Positions 34,820 to 43,002 of a stretch of DNA of 64,000 nucleotides are shown piece after piece. Origin of the DNA: Methanomassiliicoccus sp. (GTDB lineage Archaea; Thermoplasmatota; Thermoplasmata; Methanomassiliicoccales; Methanomassiliicoccaceae); contig JAWQJJ010000010.1 of assembly GCA_033485155.1 (NCBI GenBank), positions 6,479 through 70,478 of the forward strand. Reading direction: 5' to 3'. The notes beneath the pieces were generated by a model. It was not told the DNA's origin, searched no databases, and saw only the letters and a program-made list of their open reading frames with translations. Within the stretch, counting starts at the first letter, position 1. Each line of letters opens with the position of its first letter. The position numbers were made by a program, and so were the translations under genes.

Positions 34820-35983
34820 GTGGAGCGGGTGAAAAGGAGGCGTCCGGCGGCCAGGGCGGCCGCGATGGCAGGCGTCGTGGTGATAGTCATCCTGGTGCTG
34901 CTGATCCCAGCGGTTCAGGCATTCTTCGTCGATCTCATGACCTCGCCGTTCCGGCCCCGTTACCCTGAGAGTGCGACCTTCACCCTTGAGAGGTCTTTGA
35001 CCGTTGACGCCAACGGTGGAAACATCATCAGTTACGACTTCGACATCTGCGAGCCCGTATCCATCGTTCAGAACGGCTATTCCATTCAGAACGTGAGCTC
35101 AGTCCTATATTCGCCCCAGGTGTCGTTCCACGAGGACCGGTACGGATATAACTGGGTGGGGTGGAACGGAACGTCTCTTTCCGGCAGGGAGACCACGACC
35201 TGCTCGGCCACCTATCAGGTAACGGTGCGCACCCACATCTGGAGCATTGACCGCCAATCTTCTCTGGGCATCGATCAGGTGCCCCAGGGGCTGCGGGACA
35301 GGTATCTGCATGACGAATGGCAGGCGACCAATGGTCCCCTCACCGCTGGAGGATACATGATCGACATGACCTCTCCAGAGGTCGTCTCGACGGCCCAGGC
35401 CATCGTGGGCAACGAGACCAACGTGTATCAGGTGCTGAAAGACATCTATGACTGGATGACGACCAACGTGCGGTACTCGGCCGCTGCCTCGGGCGGGGAG
35501 CCACAGACCGCGCTGGAAACCCTGGTGACAAGGAGTGGGGATTGTGACGACCAATCCATCCTGTTCTGCTCCCTGGCCCGGGCCGCTGGGGTTCCCGCAT
35601 GGCTGCAGATGGGGGCACTTTACGTCAGCGCCGACGACAGCTGGGGAGGGCACGGCTGGCTCCAGGCATACATCCCGTTGGCCTCGGGAGGAGGGGAGAA
35701 CGTGACCATCGATGTAGTCAATAAGGACTTCCTGGTCTTCCGTCCCAACCGATTTGTGGACTTCACCGATGACGGGGTCGGAACTCATCTGGCCGATTAC
35801 TATTACACCTTCCAGACGACCTACGATCGGGATTCCTATGCCGCGGGTACACCGGTTTTCAGCGAGGTATACACCAAGCTGAGCTATGAGGAATCGAGCA
35901 AGAAGGTCAGCCAGGGCGGGGTGTACCTCCTGAATCGCGACCTCATGCTGCCCGGTACCGACCGGATCCGACCTCATACATGA
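34820..35983 (+). CDS. membrane-anchored transglutaminase-like (Cys-His-Asp) domain protein
   Basis: N-terminal TM anchor, TRSGDCDDQSILFCSLARAAGVPAWLQ (catalytic Cys context) and GGHGWLQAYIP (His). Confidence 0.75.
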   Translation: MERVKRRRPAARAAAMAGVVVIVILVLLIPAVQAFFVDLMTSPFRPRYPESATFTLERSLTVDANGGNIISYDFDICEPVSIVQNGYSIQNVSSVLYSPQVSFHEDRYGYNWVGWNGTSLSGRETTTCSATYQVTVRTHIWSIDRQSSLGIDQVPQGLRDRYLHDEWQATNGPLTAGGYMIDMTSPEVVSTAQAIVGNETNVYQVLKDIYDWMTTNVRYSAAASGGEPQTALETLVTRSGDCDDQSILFCSLARAAGVPAWLQMGALYVSADDSWGGHGWLQAYIPLASGGGENVTIDVVNKDFLVFRPNRFVDFTDDGVGTHLADYYYTFQTTYDRDSYAAGTPVFSEVYTKLSYEESSKKVSQGGVYLLNRDLMLPGTDRIRPHT

Positions 35984-36368
35984 TGCCCGCCTCCAGGAGG
36001 AGGTTGATGACGCGCCCCAGTTCCTCCTCCTCGACCTCTCCCAGTGCCTGCTTGAGATCCTCCCTGGACGCCTCACCGCGCTCACCGATGGCTCGGACAA
36101 TTAGCGAACGGAGCGCCTGGCGGTCGCGGACCGTCCTTCGCTCTACCATCGGGGGAGAGGGAGCGCCGGGCCTCTCTATGTCATAGACTAACCGCTCCCC
36201 TACCTGCCGGACACCCTCGGCCAGCTCCTTGGGGGAATCGGTGGAAAAATAAACCTTGGCCTTTCGCACCTCGATCCTATGCCCGCAGCGCGGGCAGGTG
36301 ACCCGGGCTGAGGAAAGGTCCGCTCCCTGCACCTGGGTGCAGCGCGGACAGACGATTACTCCCAGCAT
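35943..36368 (-). CDS. zinc-ribbon (DUF1922-like) + winged-helix-like small protein
   Basis: CPRCTQVQ...CPRCGHRIEV N-terminal Cys4 ribbon. The stop codon of pdaD abuts its ATG with no gap. Confidence 0.5.
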   Translation of the reverse strand: MLGVIVCPRCTQVQGADLSSARVTCPRCGHRIEVRKAKVYFSTDSPKELAEGVRQVGERLVYDIERPGAPSPPMVERRTVRDRQALRSLIVRAIGERGEASREDLKQALGEVEEEELGRVINLLLEAGIMYEVGSGRYRAA

Positions 36369-36839
36369 CTAGTATTCAACGAAGACCAGAGCGGCGACGC
36401 AGGCCCCATAGTTGTCCATGGGTACGGAGAGCTCCTCGATGCGATACTCGATGGTCTCCATCTCGATCCCCCGCAGCTTAGCCATCTCGTCCATCTTCCA
36501 TTCCATTATCTCACGGAGGGCCTTCTTGGATCCGTGAATGTGCCCTTCAGCCACGTACCCGCCCCGTCCGTCCTTGCGGAACCCGTAGGCGATGCCGGCG
36601 GAGATCATCTCGCCCTCTCCACCCCTCATCTGTGCGAGCACACAGTGGGTGACCGCTCCCATGGGCAACTCCCTGATGCCCACCTGCTCGGCTCCCACCG
36701 GGAGAACGGAGGAAACAGAGACGATGTTCAGTTCACCGATGCCGGCTTCGAGCAGGGCCTTATCGAAGGCATTGAGGTCGGAGACCTTGCTCACGGCGCA
36801 GCCAGAACTGATGAAGAACTTCTTAGGAACGAGATGCAT
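36369..36839 (-). CDS. pdaD: pyruvoyl-dependent arginine decarboxylase
   Basis: PKKFFISSGCAVSKVSDLNAFDKALLEAGIGELNIVSVSSVLP includes the Ser-Ser self-cleavage context. 156 aa. Confidence 0.88.
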   Translation of the reverse strand: MHLVPKKFFISSGCAVSKVSDLNAFDKALLEAGIGELNIVSVSSVLPVGAEQVGIRELPMGAVTHCVLAQMRGGEGEMISAGIAYGFRKDGRGGYVAEGHIHGSKKALREIMEWKMDEMAKLRGIEMETIEYRIEELSVPMDNYGACVAALVFVEY

Positions 36840-36940
36840 GAATCGATGTAATTAGGACCCCGAATTTAAGGGTTTCCCCCTGTTTTCTGACCTCGAAGGC
36901 TGCCTCCTGGCCTTGTTGCGCGGGACCCTTGCCCGAGAAG

Positions 36941-37903
36941 TCACTTTCCGGCCTCGGCGCCGCCGGAGCGGGCACGACCGAAGCGGCCGTTAGCGCCCCC
37001 GATGTCCCGAAACTCCCGCTCGAGCATCTTGACCTCACGGGTACTGAGCGCGCCCGGACTTATCGGTAGGAGGAAGATTGAGTCGGTCACCGCCGCCGCC
37101 TCGGACAGCAGTTGAACGAACTTGAGGATCTTGACGAAGTTGGTCTGCGAGACCAGGTACTCGAGGCCGCTGATGAGAAAGACCGCCCCAGAATTCTGCT
37201 CCAGGAACGCTTTTATGTCGCTGTAGATTAGAGGGATGTTCGTCGGTTCCAAAGAGTTGCCCTTCTCCCCCTCGTAGGAGAGCCAGATCATCCGTGCACC
37301 ATCCAGGTCGAAGGCCTTGCGCAGCTTTTCAGGAAACTCCCGGGAGATGCATAGTCCTGGGCTGCCGTGGGCCAGGTAATCGGACATGATCTCGAACGCC
37401 TCGCGTGCGTCCTCCGACTCAATGAGGTATGAGCAGCCCGACTCCAGTTTATACCTGCGGCCAGCCTGGGCGGTAGGGCGGTGCTTACTGACCAGCAGAA
37501 CGTCCGACGGCGTCAGTTGGTGCGTGCACCTCTCGGCGCCCTGGGACATGCAGGCCATCTCAGTAGCCTGGTACCGGCGACCCAGGAGGCCCGACACGAT
37601 CCCTGCCAGGTAGCCGCGGGTGAAGTCGCACTTGCGTCCCCTCGCTGCCTCTACCGACTCATCAAAGGTCACCACGATCTCTTCGGCGGTCGCCTTCACC
37701 ACGCTGGAGCGCGACAGTCCGCTCTCCGACCACAGCTGCGTGAACACCTCGGGGAAGTGCTCCAGGGAAGTGGGTGGAACCTCGAGGATGGACACCAGAG
37801 TCATCCCGGCCTTGAAACCAGTGCGCTCCAGGGTCTCTCCCGCATGCTCCTCGGCAAGTAGCTCCAGCTCTTCCCGGAGGGAGAACAGCGCGGCTGCGGG
37901 CAT
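36941..37903 (-). CDS. V4R domain + DUF835 domain protein
   Basis: The N-terminal half has the V4R signature (CDFTRGYLAGIVSGLLGRRYQATEMACMSQGAERCTHQL). The C-terminal half is DUF835-like (SYLIESEDAREAFEIM...GLCISREFPEKLRKAF...IWLS...VFLISGLEYLV). Confidence 0.65.
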   Translation of the reverse strand: MPAAALFSLREELELLAEEHAGETLERTGFKAGMTLVSILEVPPTSLEHFPEVFTQLWSESGLSRSSVVKATAEEIVVTFDESVEAARGRKCDFTRGYLAGIVSGLLGRRYQATEMACMSQGAERCTHQLTPSDVLLVSKHRPTAQAGRRYKLESGCSYLIESEDAREAFEIMSDYLAHGSPGLCISREFPEKLRKAFDLDGARMIWLSYEGEKGNSLEPTNIPLIYSDIKAFLEQNSGAVFLISGLEYLVSQTNFVKILKFVQLLSEAAAVTDSIFLLPISPGALSTREVKMLEREFRDIGGANGRFGRARSGGAEAGK

Positions 37904-37917
37904 GACGAAGAAAGGGT

Positions 37918-38430
37918 TCAGGGGGACACCCCCAAGATCTGCCTGCCGAGACGCTCGAACGCGTCCTGGACCCCAGCCCCGGTCTTAGCGCTGGTGTACA
38001 GAAAATCGTTGCCGAGGACCTTCTTGACCTCGCCCACCTCCTCGGCGCCCAAGGATGAGGGCAGGTCGGCCTTGTTCACAAGTGGGATGAGCGGCACGGT
38101 TCCGGTGACCTCCTCGAGGTCACGCTTCCACTCCGGCAGTTTCAACAGCGTATCCGGCCGGGAGTTGTCGCATACTAGGAGGGCGCCGTTAGCGCCGTTG
38201 TAATAGGCGCCATGGAGCGCCTTCTGGGATTTCTGACCAAGGATGTCCCATATCATGAGCGTTAGTTGGACATCATCAAGCTCGATTACTTTCTTGGATA
38301 CCTTGGTACCGAAGCTCATAATATAATTGTCACTGAAGCTATTGAGGACATACCTGCCTATCAGGCTCGTCTTTCCGACTCCCCCGTCCCCAAGGAGGCA
38401 GACCTTTCTGATAATTTTCTTCTTCTCCAT
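37918..38430 (-). CDS. Ras-superfamily (Rab/Ras-like) small GTPase
   Basis: G1 GDGGVGKTS, G3 WDILGQ, G4 NKAD, G5 TSAKTG; 170 aa. 14 nt upstream of the V4R-DUF835 gene. Confidence 0.85.
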   Translation of the reverse strand: MEKKKIIRKVCLLGDGGVGKTSLIGRYVLNSFSDNYIMSFGTKVSKKVIELDDVQLTLMIWDILGQKSQKALHGAYYNGANGALLVCDNSRPDTLLKLPEWKRDLEEVTGTVPLIPLVNKADLPSSLGAEEVGEVKKVLGNDFLYTSAKTGAGVQDAFERLGRQILGVSP

Positions 38431-38457
38431 GGCAGGCCAAAAAGAATCGCCATGTAT

Positions 38458-38470
38458 CTATATAATATTT
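38458..38470. promoter_or_regulatory. strong TATA-like box (ctatataatattt)
   Basis: About 30 nt upstream of the GTPase ATG (minus strand), implying a near-leaderless mRNA. It is nearly palindromic, so it could also fire rightward. Confidence 0.4.
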
Positions 38471-38669
38471 GGCTGGTAAAAACCAGCCTGACCCAGGCAG
38501 GGATCGATCATCCGTCGGCCAGTTCTCCGAGCCCCCCATGATCGAGACTCCCCATTACCCATCCTGTCAGGACGGACATAGGCGCCCATGTCATGCTCGT
38601 CAAGCCTCCCTGAAGGTCGTCAGGGAACCGATGGAAAGTAATATGCCCTCGGTAAGGCCATGAACGCCC

Positions 38670-39944
38670 ATGGCCGACCAGATACAAACCCATCGCACTC
38701 CTGAAGGCATTCCGGTGATCGTGGAGTGTCTCCCCTCTGCTCATTCCGCGTCCTTCTCGGTGTACTTCGGCACGGGCTCCCGAGACGAGACCGACGAGCA
38801 GGCGGGTATCGCTCACATGCTGGAGCACATGCTGTTCAAGGGGACCGAGAACCGCACCGCCCGGCAGATGGCCGAGGAGATAGAGGCGGCGGGCGGGGAG
38901 CAGAACGGCTACACCACCAAGGAGGTCACTAGTTACCAGGCCTACGCCCTGGAGGAGACGGTGGAGGTCGGTGAGGCCATCTTGGCGGACATGGTGTTGC
39001 ACCCCCTTCTGTCCATGGATTGCCTTGCTACCGAGCGGAACGTGGTGATCCAGGAGATCAGGATGCTGGAGAACGACCCTGAGGATAACATCCACGTGCT
39101 CTTCAATGAAACCCTATGGGGCAACCATCCCATGGGTCGCTCGGAAGCGGGTTCGGTGGGCACGGTGTCCTCGCTATCGGACAAGGACATCCGCTCCTTC
39201 TTCCAATCTCATTATAGGCCTCCCAAGATGGCCGTGGTGGCGGTGGGCAACGTCAATGAGGGACAGGTGATGGAGTGGGCCTCCCGTTCGTTCGATGATC
39301 TTGACGTCAAGAGGTCCTCGGGGACCAGGGATGCCCCCGCCCCCATGGCCCAGTTCAGGGTGTTCCCCCGCGATGACAAGCAAGCCTACGTGGGCTTGGG
39401 CTTCCCCGGCCTGAGCGCGGTGGACCCCGACCGTTTCGCCCAGCGTCTGCTGGCATCCCTGCTGGGAATGGGCACATCCTCCCGCCTGTTCCAGGAGATC
39501 AGGGAGCGTTCCGGCCTGGTGTACGAGATATATGCGTCATCGGGCAGCTACACCGATTGTGGTTCGTTCAGCGTGTTCTACAACACCGCGGTGAAGGACC
39601 AGGAGAAGGTGGCCAGGCTGGTGGCAAAGGAGATCGGACGGCTGAAAGCCGAGGGGTTGGAGAAGGGCGAGCTGCAGAGGTCCAAGAACCTTTGGAAGGG
39701 AGCGTACGTCCGCCGGCTGGAGAGCACCGAGTCCCGGATGGTCCGCCTGGGCGAGGTGTTCATGGCCAGTGGGGAGGTGCTCACTCCCGAGGAAACGCTG
39801 TGCCGGATGGAAGCGGTGACCGAGGAGAGCGTCCTCAAGGTCGCCCAGCAGGTCCTGGTGCGAAACAAGCTGGCCATCGCCATGCATGCGCCGGGCAAGG
39901 AGAGCGAGGTCCAGGCCCGTAGCCTTGAAGACCTAGATATGTAA
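38670..39944 (+). CDS. M16-family (pitrilysin/insulinase-like) zinc peptidase
   Basis: Inverted zinc motif HxxEH (GIAHMLEHMLFKG), downstream E (GGEQNGYT), two-domain size. Confidence 0.85.
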   Translation: MADQIQTHRTPEGIPVIVECLPSAHSASFSVYFGTGSRDETDEQAGIAHMLEHMLFKGTENRTARQMAEEIEAAGGEQNGYTTKEVTSYQAYALEETVEVGEAILADMVLHPLLSMDCLATERNVVIQEIRMLENDPEDNIHVLFNETLWGNHPMGRSEAGSVGTVSSLSDKDIRSFFQSHYRPPKMAVVAVGNVNEGQVMEWASRSFDDLDVKRSSGTRDAPAPMAQFRVFPRDDKQAYVGLGFPGLSAVDPDRFAQRLLASLLGMGTSSRLFQEIRERSGLVYEIYASSGSYTDCGSFSVFYNTAVKDQEKVARLVAKEIGRLKAEGLEKGELQRSKNLWKGAYVRRLESTESRMVRLGEVFMASGEVLTPEETLCRMEAVTEESVLKVAQQVLVRNKLAIAMHAPGKESEVQARSLEDLDM

Positions 39945-40409
39945 TCAATTTTGGGCGATGAGTTCGAGGACCTTGTCCACTGTGCAGCCGAGGGCTGCCT
40001 CCACCTCGGGGGTCATCTCCTCGCTGACGGTGAACACGTCGTTCGCCTCCACCGCCACGAACAAAATTTTCTTGGGGAACCTGTCAGGCTCCAAGGTCCT
40101 CCCCAGCGCCAGGGTGGTGGCCACGTTGGCCTCGTGGGGGTTGGTGCCATGAACGGTATCGCTGAAATCCTCGGGGGACAACACCATAATCGTGCCCGCG
40201 GGATGACCCGACTTGATGATTGCATCGACAACGATGACCAGCTCGTAGTCGAGCATGATCTCGATGAGGTCCAGCCCGCTGACGCAGGCCTCCTCGAGGT
40301 CCACATCCGGAGTCCCCCGGTTCTTAAGCTCCTGCAGGACCCTCAGGCCGATGGCGTCGTCACACATGATCGGACTCCCTATGCCAAGCACAAGCGTTCG
40401 GTTTCTCAT
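39945..40409 (-). CDS. hydrogenase maturation endopeptidase (HycI/HyaD/FrhD family)
   Basis: LVLGIGSPIMCDDAIGLRVLQEL, VVDAI, HGTNPHE. ATG 40409 chosen. Confidence 0.7.
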   Translation of the reverse strand: MRNRTLVLGIGSPIMCDDAIGLRVLQELKNRGTPDVDLEEACVSGLDLIEIMLDYELVIVVDAIIKSGHPAGTIMVLSPEDFSDTVHGTNPHEANVATTLALGRTLEPDRFPKKILFVAVEANDVFTVSEEMTPEVEAALGCTVDKVLELIAQN

Positions 40410-40504
40410 CCCCCCGCCCAATAGGAGGGGGATAGAAAAGGTTTCCCCAACAACCGCCGGAGTTCCGGCGGATTTCATATCCTCGCCTGACCATCACTCG
40501 ACGG

Positions 40505-41329
40505 ATGACTGCCCACGAACTGAAGCTGGAGCCTGCGGTGACCCTCAGGGTAGGTAAGGCCACTCTGACCACCCGACAGCTGGAGGTCCTCCGGGCGGTT
40601 TACGAGGAGGGAAGCCAGAACCGGGCCGCGGCTCGCCTCGGCATTGCCGCTCCGGTGCTCAACCGCCACCTCGCCCATATCGAGGCCAAGGCGGGGACGG
40701 CGCTACTGTCGGCAAGCCCCCGGGGGACTGACCTCAACGAGGAGGGGGAGCGTATCGCTCTCGAGTACATCGCCCTGAGCAAGCGGGTGGCTTCCACCGG
40801 CGGAACGGTGATCGGGGGGACGGTCATCACCGAGGAAATGCTCTTCGCCGCAATGACTGCGGCTGACCCAGATGGTGAATGCGACTTGATCATCTCCGAC
40901 GATCAGCGCAACCTCAAGGACTTCCGGGCGGGGCTGATGGACATCATTGTCCTTGACGACCCGATGTACCTCTTCGACCTTGAGAGTGTGAGCTGGCAGG
41001 AGGTCGCCACCGACCGCCTCCTTCACGTCGATCGCGGGCCCCGCTACGCCAGGTGCATGTACGGGGCGCAGAGGATCGGGTTCCGGCATCTGGAGAGCAT
41101 CGGTATGGAGTACGCCGTCGTGCGCACCTTCCGCTCCGCTGAGCAGATGGCTTCCTCCGGGCTAAGCTACTTCATCAACGAGTCCCTAGCCTTGAGGAAG
41201 GGGCTCAAGGTCAGGAGCGACACAGACCCCTCCAGGCTGGTCCACCAGATTAACGCTGTGTACCGCCGGGAGACCCCTCGGGTGCGTCGGCTGGTGACGG
41301 CGCTGAGGAAGGTCGGACGGAGGGTATAA
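40505..41329 (+). CDS. LysR/ModE-type HTH transcriptional regulator
   Basis: LTTRQLEVLRAVYEEGSQNRAAARLGIAAPVLNRHLAHIEAKAG is a LysR-type N-terminal HTH. The remainder was not recognised. Confidence 0.55.
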   Translation: MTAHELKLEPAVTLRVGKATLTTRQLEVLRAVYEEGSQNRAAARLGIAAPVLNRHLAHIEAKAGTALLSASPRGTDLNEEGERIALEYIALSKRVASTGGTVIGGTVITEEMLFAAMTAADPDGECDLIISDDQRNLKDFRAGLMDIIVLDDPMYLFDLESVSWQEVATDRLLHVDRGPRYARCMYGAQRIGFRHLESIGMEYAVVRTFRSAEQMASSGLSYFINESLALRKGLKVRSDTDPSRLVHQINAVYRRETPRVRRLVTALRKVGRRV

Positions 41330-41408
41330 CCCATTTAGGTTATACGGCCCCCATTTTTTCCTTAAGTTTATATAACGTCGAGCCTTGACTCAGCTCAAGG
41401 TGAATTGA

Positions 41409-41921
41409 TTGTCATCTCCTAAGGAACCGAGCGCAGACTTCGCCGAGGCCGTGAAGAAGCAACACGGCGGCGAGACCTTGATGATGTGCTTCCAGTGCGG
41501 TACCTGCACTGGCAGCTGCCCCTCCGGTCGCATGACCTCGTACCGGACCAGAAAGCTCATCCGCAAGGCCCAGCTGGGCCTGAAGGACGACGTCCTGAAG
41601 TCCCCCGACCTGTGGATGTGCACCACCTGCTACACTTGCATGGAGCGCTGCCCCCGTGGTGTCGAGATCGTCGACATAATCACCGTCCTGAGGAACATGG
41701 CGGTAAAGGAGGGCATAATGTCCGAGGAGCACCGCAAGGTTGGAGAGTACCTCCTGGCCAACGGCGCTACCATCCCCCTCAACGCCAAGTACGAGGACGC
41801 CCGCGAGAAGCTGGGCCTGTCCCGCCGCCCAGTGAACACCCTGGGCGACAAGAAAGCCCTCGAGGACTTCCAGAAGGTCCTGAAGGCCACCGGATTCGAC
41901 AAGCTCATCGGAGGTGCTTGA
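41409..41921 (+). CDS. hdrC: heterodisulfide reductase subunit C
   Basis: CFQCGTCTGSCP and CTTCYTCMERCP motifs, immediately upstream of and overlapping hdrB. TTG start is uncertain. Confidence 0.8.
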   Translation: MSSPKEPSADFAEAVKKQHGGETLMMCFQCGTCTGSCPSGRMTSYRTRKLIRKAQLGLKDDVLKSPDLWMCTTCYTCMERCPRGVEIVDIITVLRNMAVKEGIMSEEHRKVGEYLLANGATIPLNAKYEDAREKLGLSRRPVNTLGDKKALEDFQKVLKATGFDKLIGGA

Positions 41922-42774
41922 AATGGCTAAGAAGTACGCGCTGTTCCTCGGTTGCGTGGCTCCCGCCAGGTACCCTGGGATCGAGTCCTCCACCCGTGCC
42001 GTTTGCAAGGAGCTGGGCCTGGAGCTCGTGGAGCTGGAGGGTGCAGGCTGCTGCCCCGCCCCCGGTGTGATCAAGTCCTTCGAGACCGACGCCTGGTTGG
42101 CCATCGCCGCCCGGAACCTGGCTCTCGCCCAGAACAAGGGTGCGGACATAATCACCATCTGCAACGGTTGCTACGGATCGCTGTTCGATGCCGCCCACGT
42201 GCTGCACAACGACCCGGAGAAGCTCCGCGCCGTCAACAAGATCCTAAGGGAGGTCGGTCTGGAGTACAACGGGGACGTCAAGGTCCACCACTTCGCTGAA
42301 GTCTTCTACAAGGAGATCGGCCTGGACCACATCAAGTCCCACGTGAAGAACCCCCTCGACCTCAAGGTCGCCGTCCACTACGGCTGCCACTTCCTCAAGC
42401 CCAGCAACATCAAGGCCCTGGACGACCCCGAGCGTCCCAAGCTGCTCGATGAGCTGGTCGAGGTCACCGGCGCCAAGAGCGTGAATTACAAGGACAAGAT
42501 GATGTGCTGCGGCGCCGGCGGCGGCGTCCGGTCCGGGAACCCTGCCCTGGCCACCAAGTTCACCGAGGAGAAGCTGAAGAACATGAAGGCGGTGGGTGCC
42601 CAGTACATCATCGATGTCTGCCCGTTCTGCCACCTGCAGTTCGACAGGACCCAGAAGGACGTCAAGGGATACGACATCCCGGTAATCCACCTGGCCCAGC
42701 TCTATGGCCTCGCTCTTGGCGTGCCCAAGGAGAAGCTCGGCCTCGATCTCCAAGAGATCCCGGCGAAGATCTAA
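41914..42774 (+). CDS. hdrB: heterodisulfide reductase subunit B
   Basis: Two CCG-type Cys-rich domains (GAGCCPAPG...CNGCY; MMCCGAGGG...CPFCHLQFD). Confidence 0.88.
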   Translation: MLEMAKKYALFLGCVAPARYPGIESSTRAVCKELGLELVELEGAGCCPAPGVIKSFETDAWLAIAARNLALAQNKGADIITICNGCYGSLFDAAHVLHNDPEKLRAVNKILREVGLEYNGDVKVHHFAEVFYKEIGLDHIKSHVKNPLDLKVAVHYGCHFLKPSNIKALDDPERPKLLDELVEVTGAKSVNYKDKMMCCGAGGGVRSGNPALATKFTEEKLKNMKAVGAQYIIDVCPFCHLQFDRTQKDVKGYDIPVIHLAQLYGLALGVPKEKLGLDLQEIPAKI

Positions 42775-42783
42775 GGGCCGAAC

Positions 42784-42804
42784 GGAGGCTCGTCCCTCCC
42801 TTTT
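42784..42804 (+). terminator. hairpin plus T-run after hdrB
   Basis: GGAGG-cucguc-CCUCC followed by CUUUU, 10 nt after the hdrB stop. Confidence 0.4.
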
Positions 42805-43002
42805 CAAACGCTTTCCCGCTCATTTTCTTTATTTTATTTTCATAACTAATAATAATCTGGCTAGGCCAAAAATGGCCAGCGTATATTCTATGATTTTAGA
42901 ATCGAAATATATGTTTCCGACCAGCACCCTTAACAGTTAATATTCTCAACTGAGATAGAAAAGATATTGAATAAGAAGTGCAATGTCCTTTTCCAGATAA
43001 AA

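Noticed and set aside
35105-36100. Long antisense or shadow ORFs in G+C-rich genes (this one; also 4827-5726, 14869-15648, 41412-42164, 10795-11520, 44553-45164 and many others in the track)
   Set aside because: Each lies opposite or out of frame to a gene with clear family motifs. Their translations are Arg/Gly/Pro/His-rich without motifs, the usual artefact of high G+C.
42805-43002. AT-rich spacer as a replication origin
   Set aside because: No cdc6/orc1 gene nearby, and I could not find repeated origin-recognition-box-like elements, only short unrelated palindromes. It is more likely a strong promoter or UP-like region.
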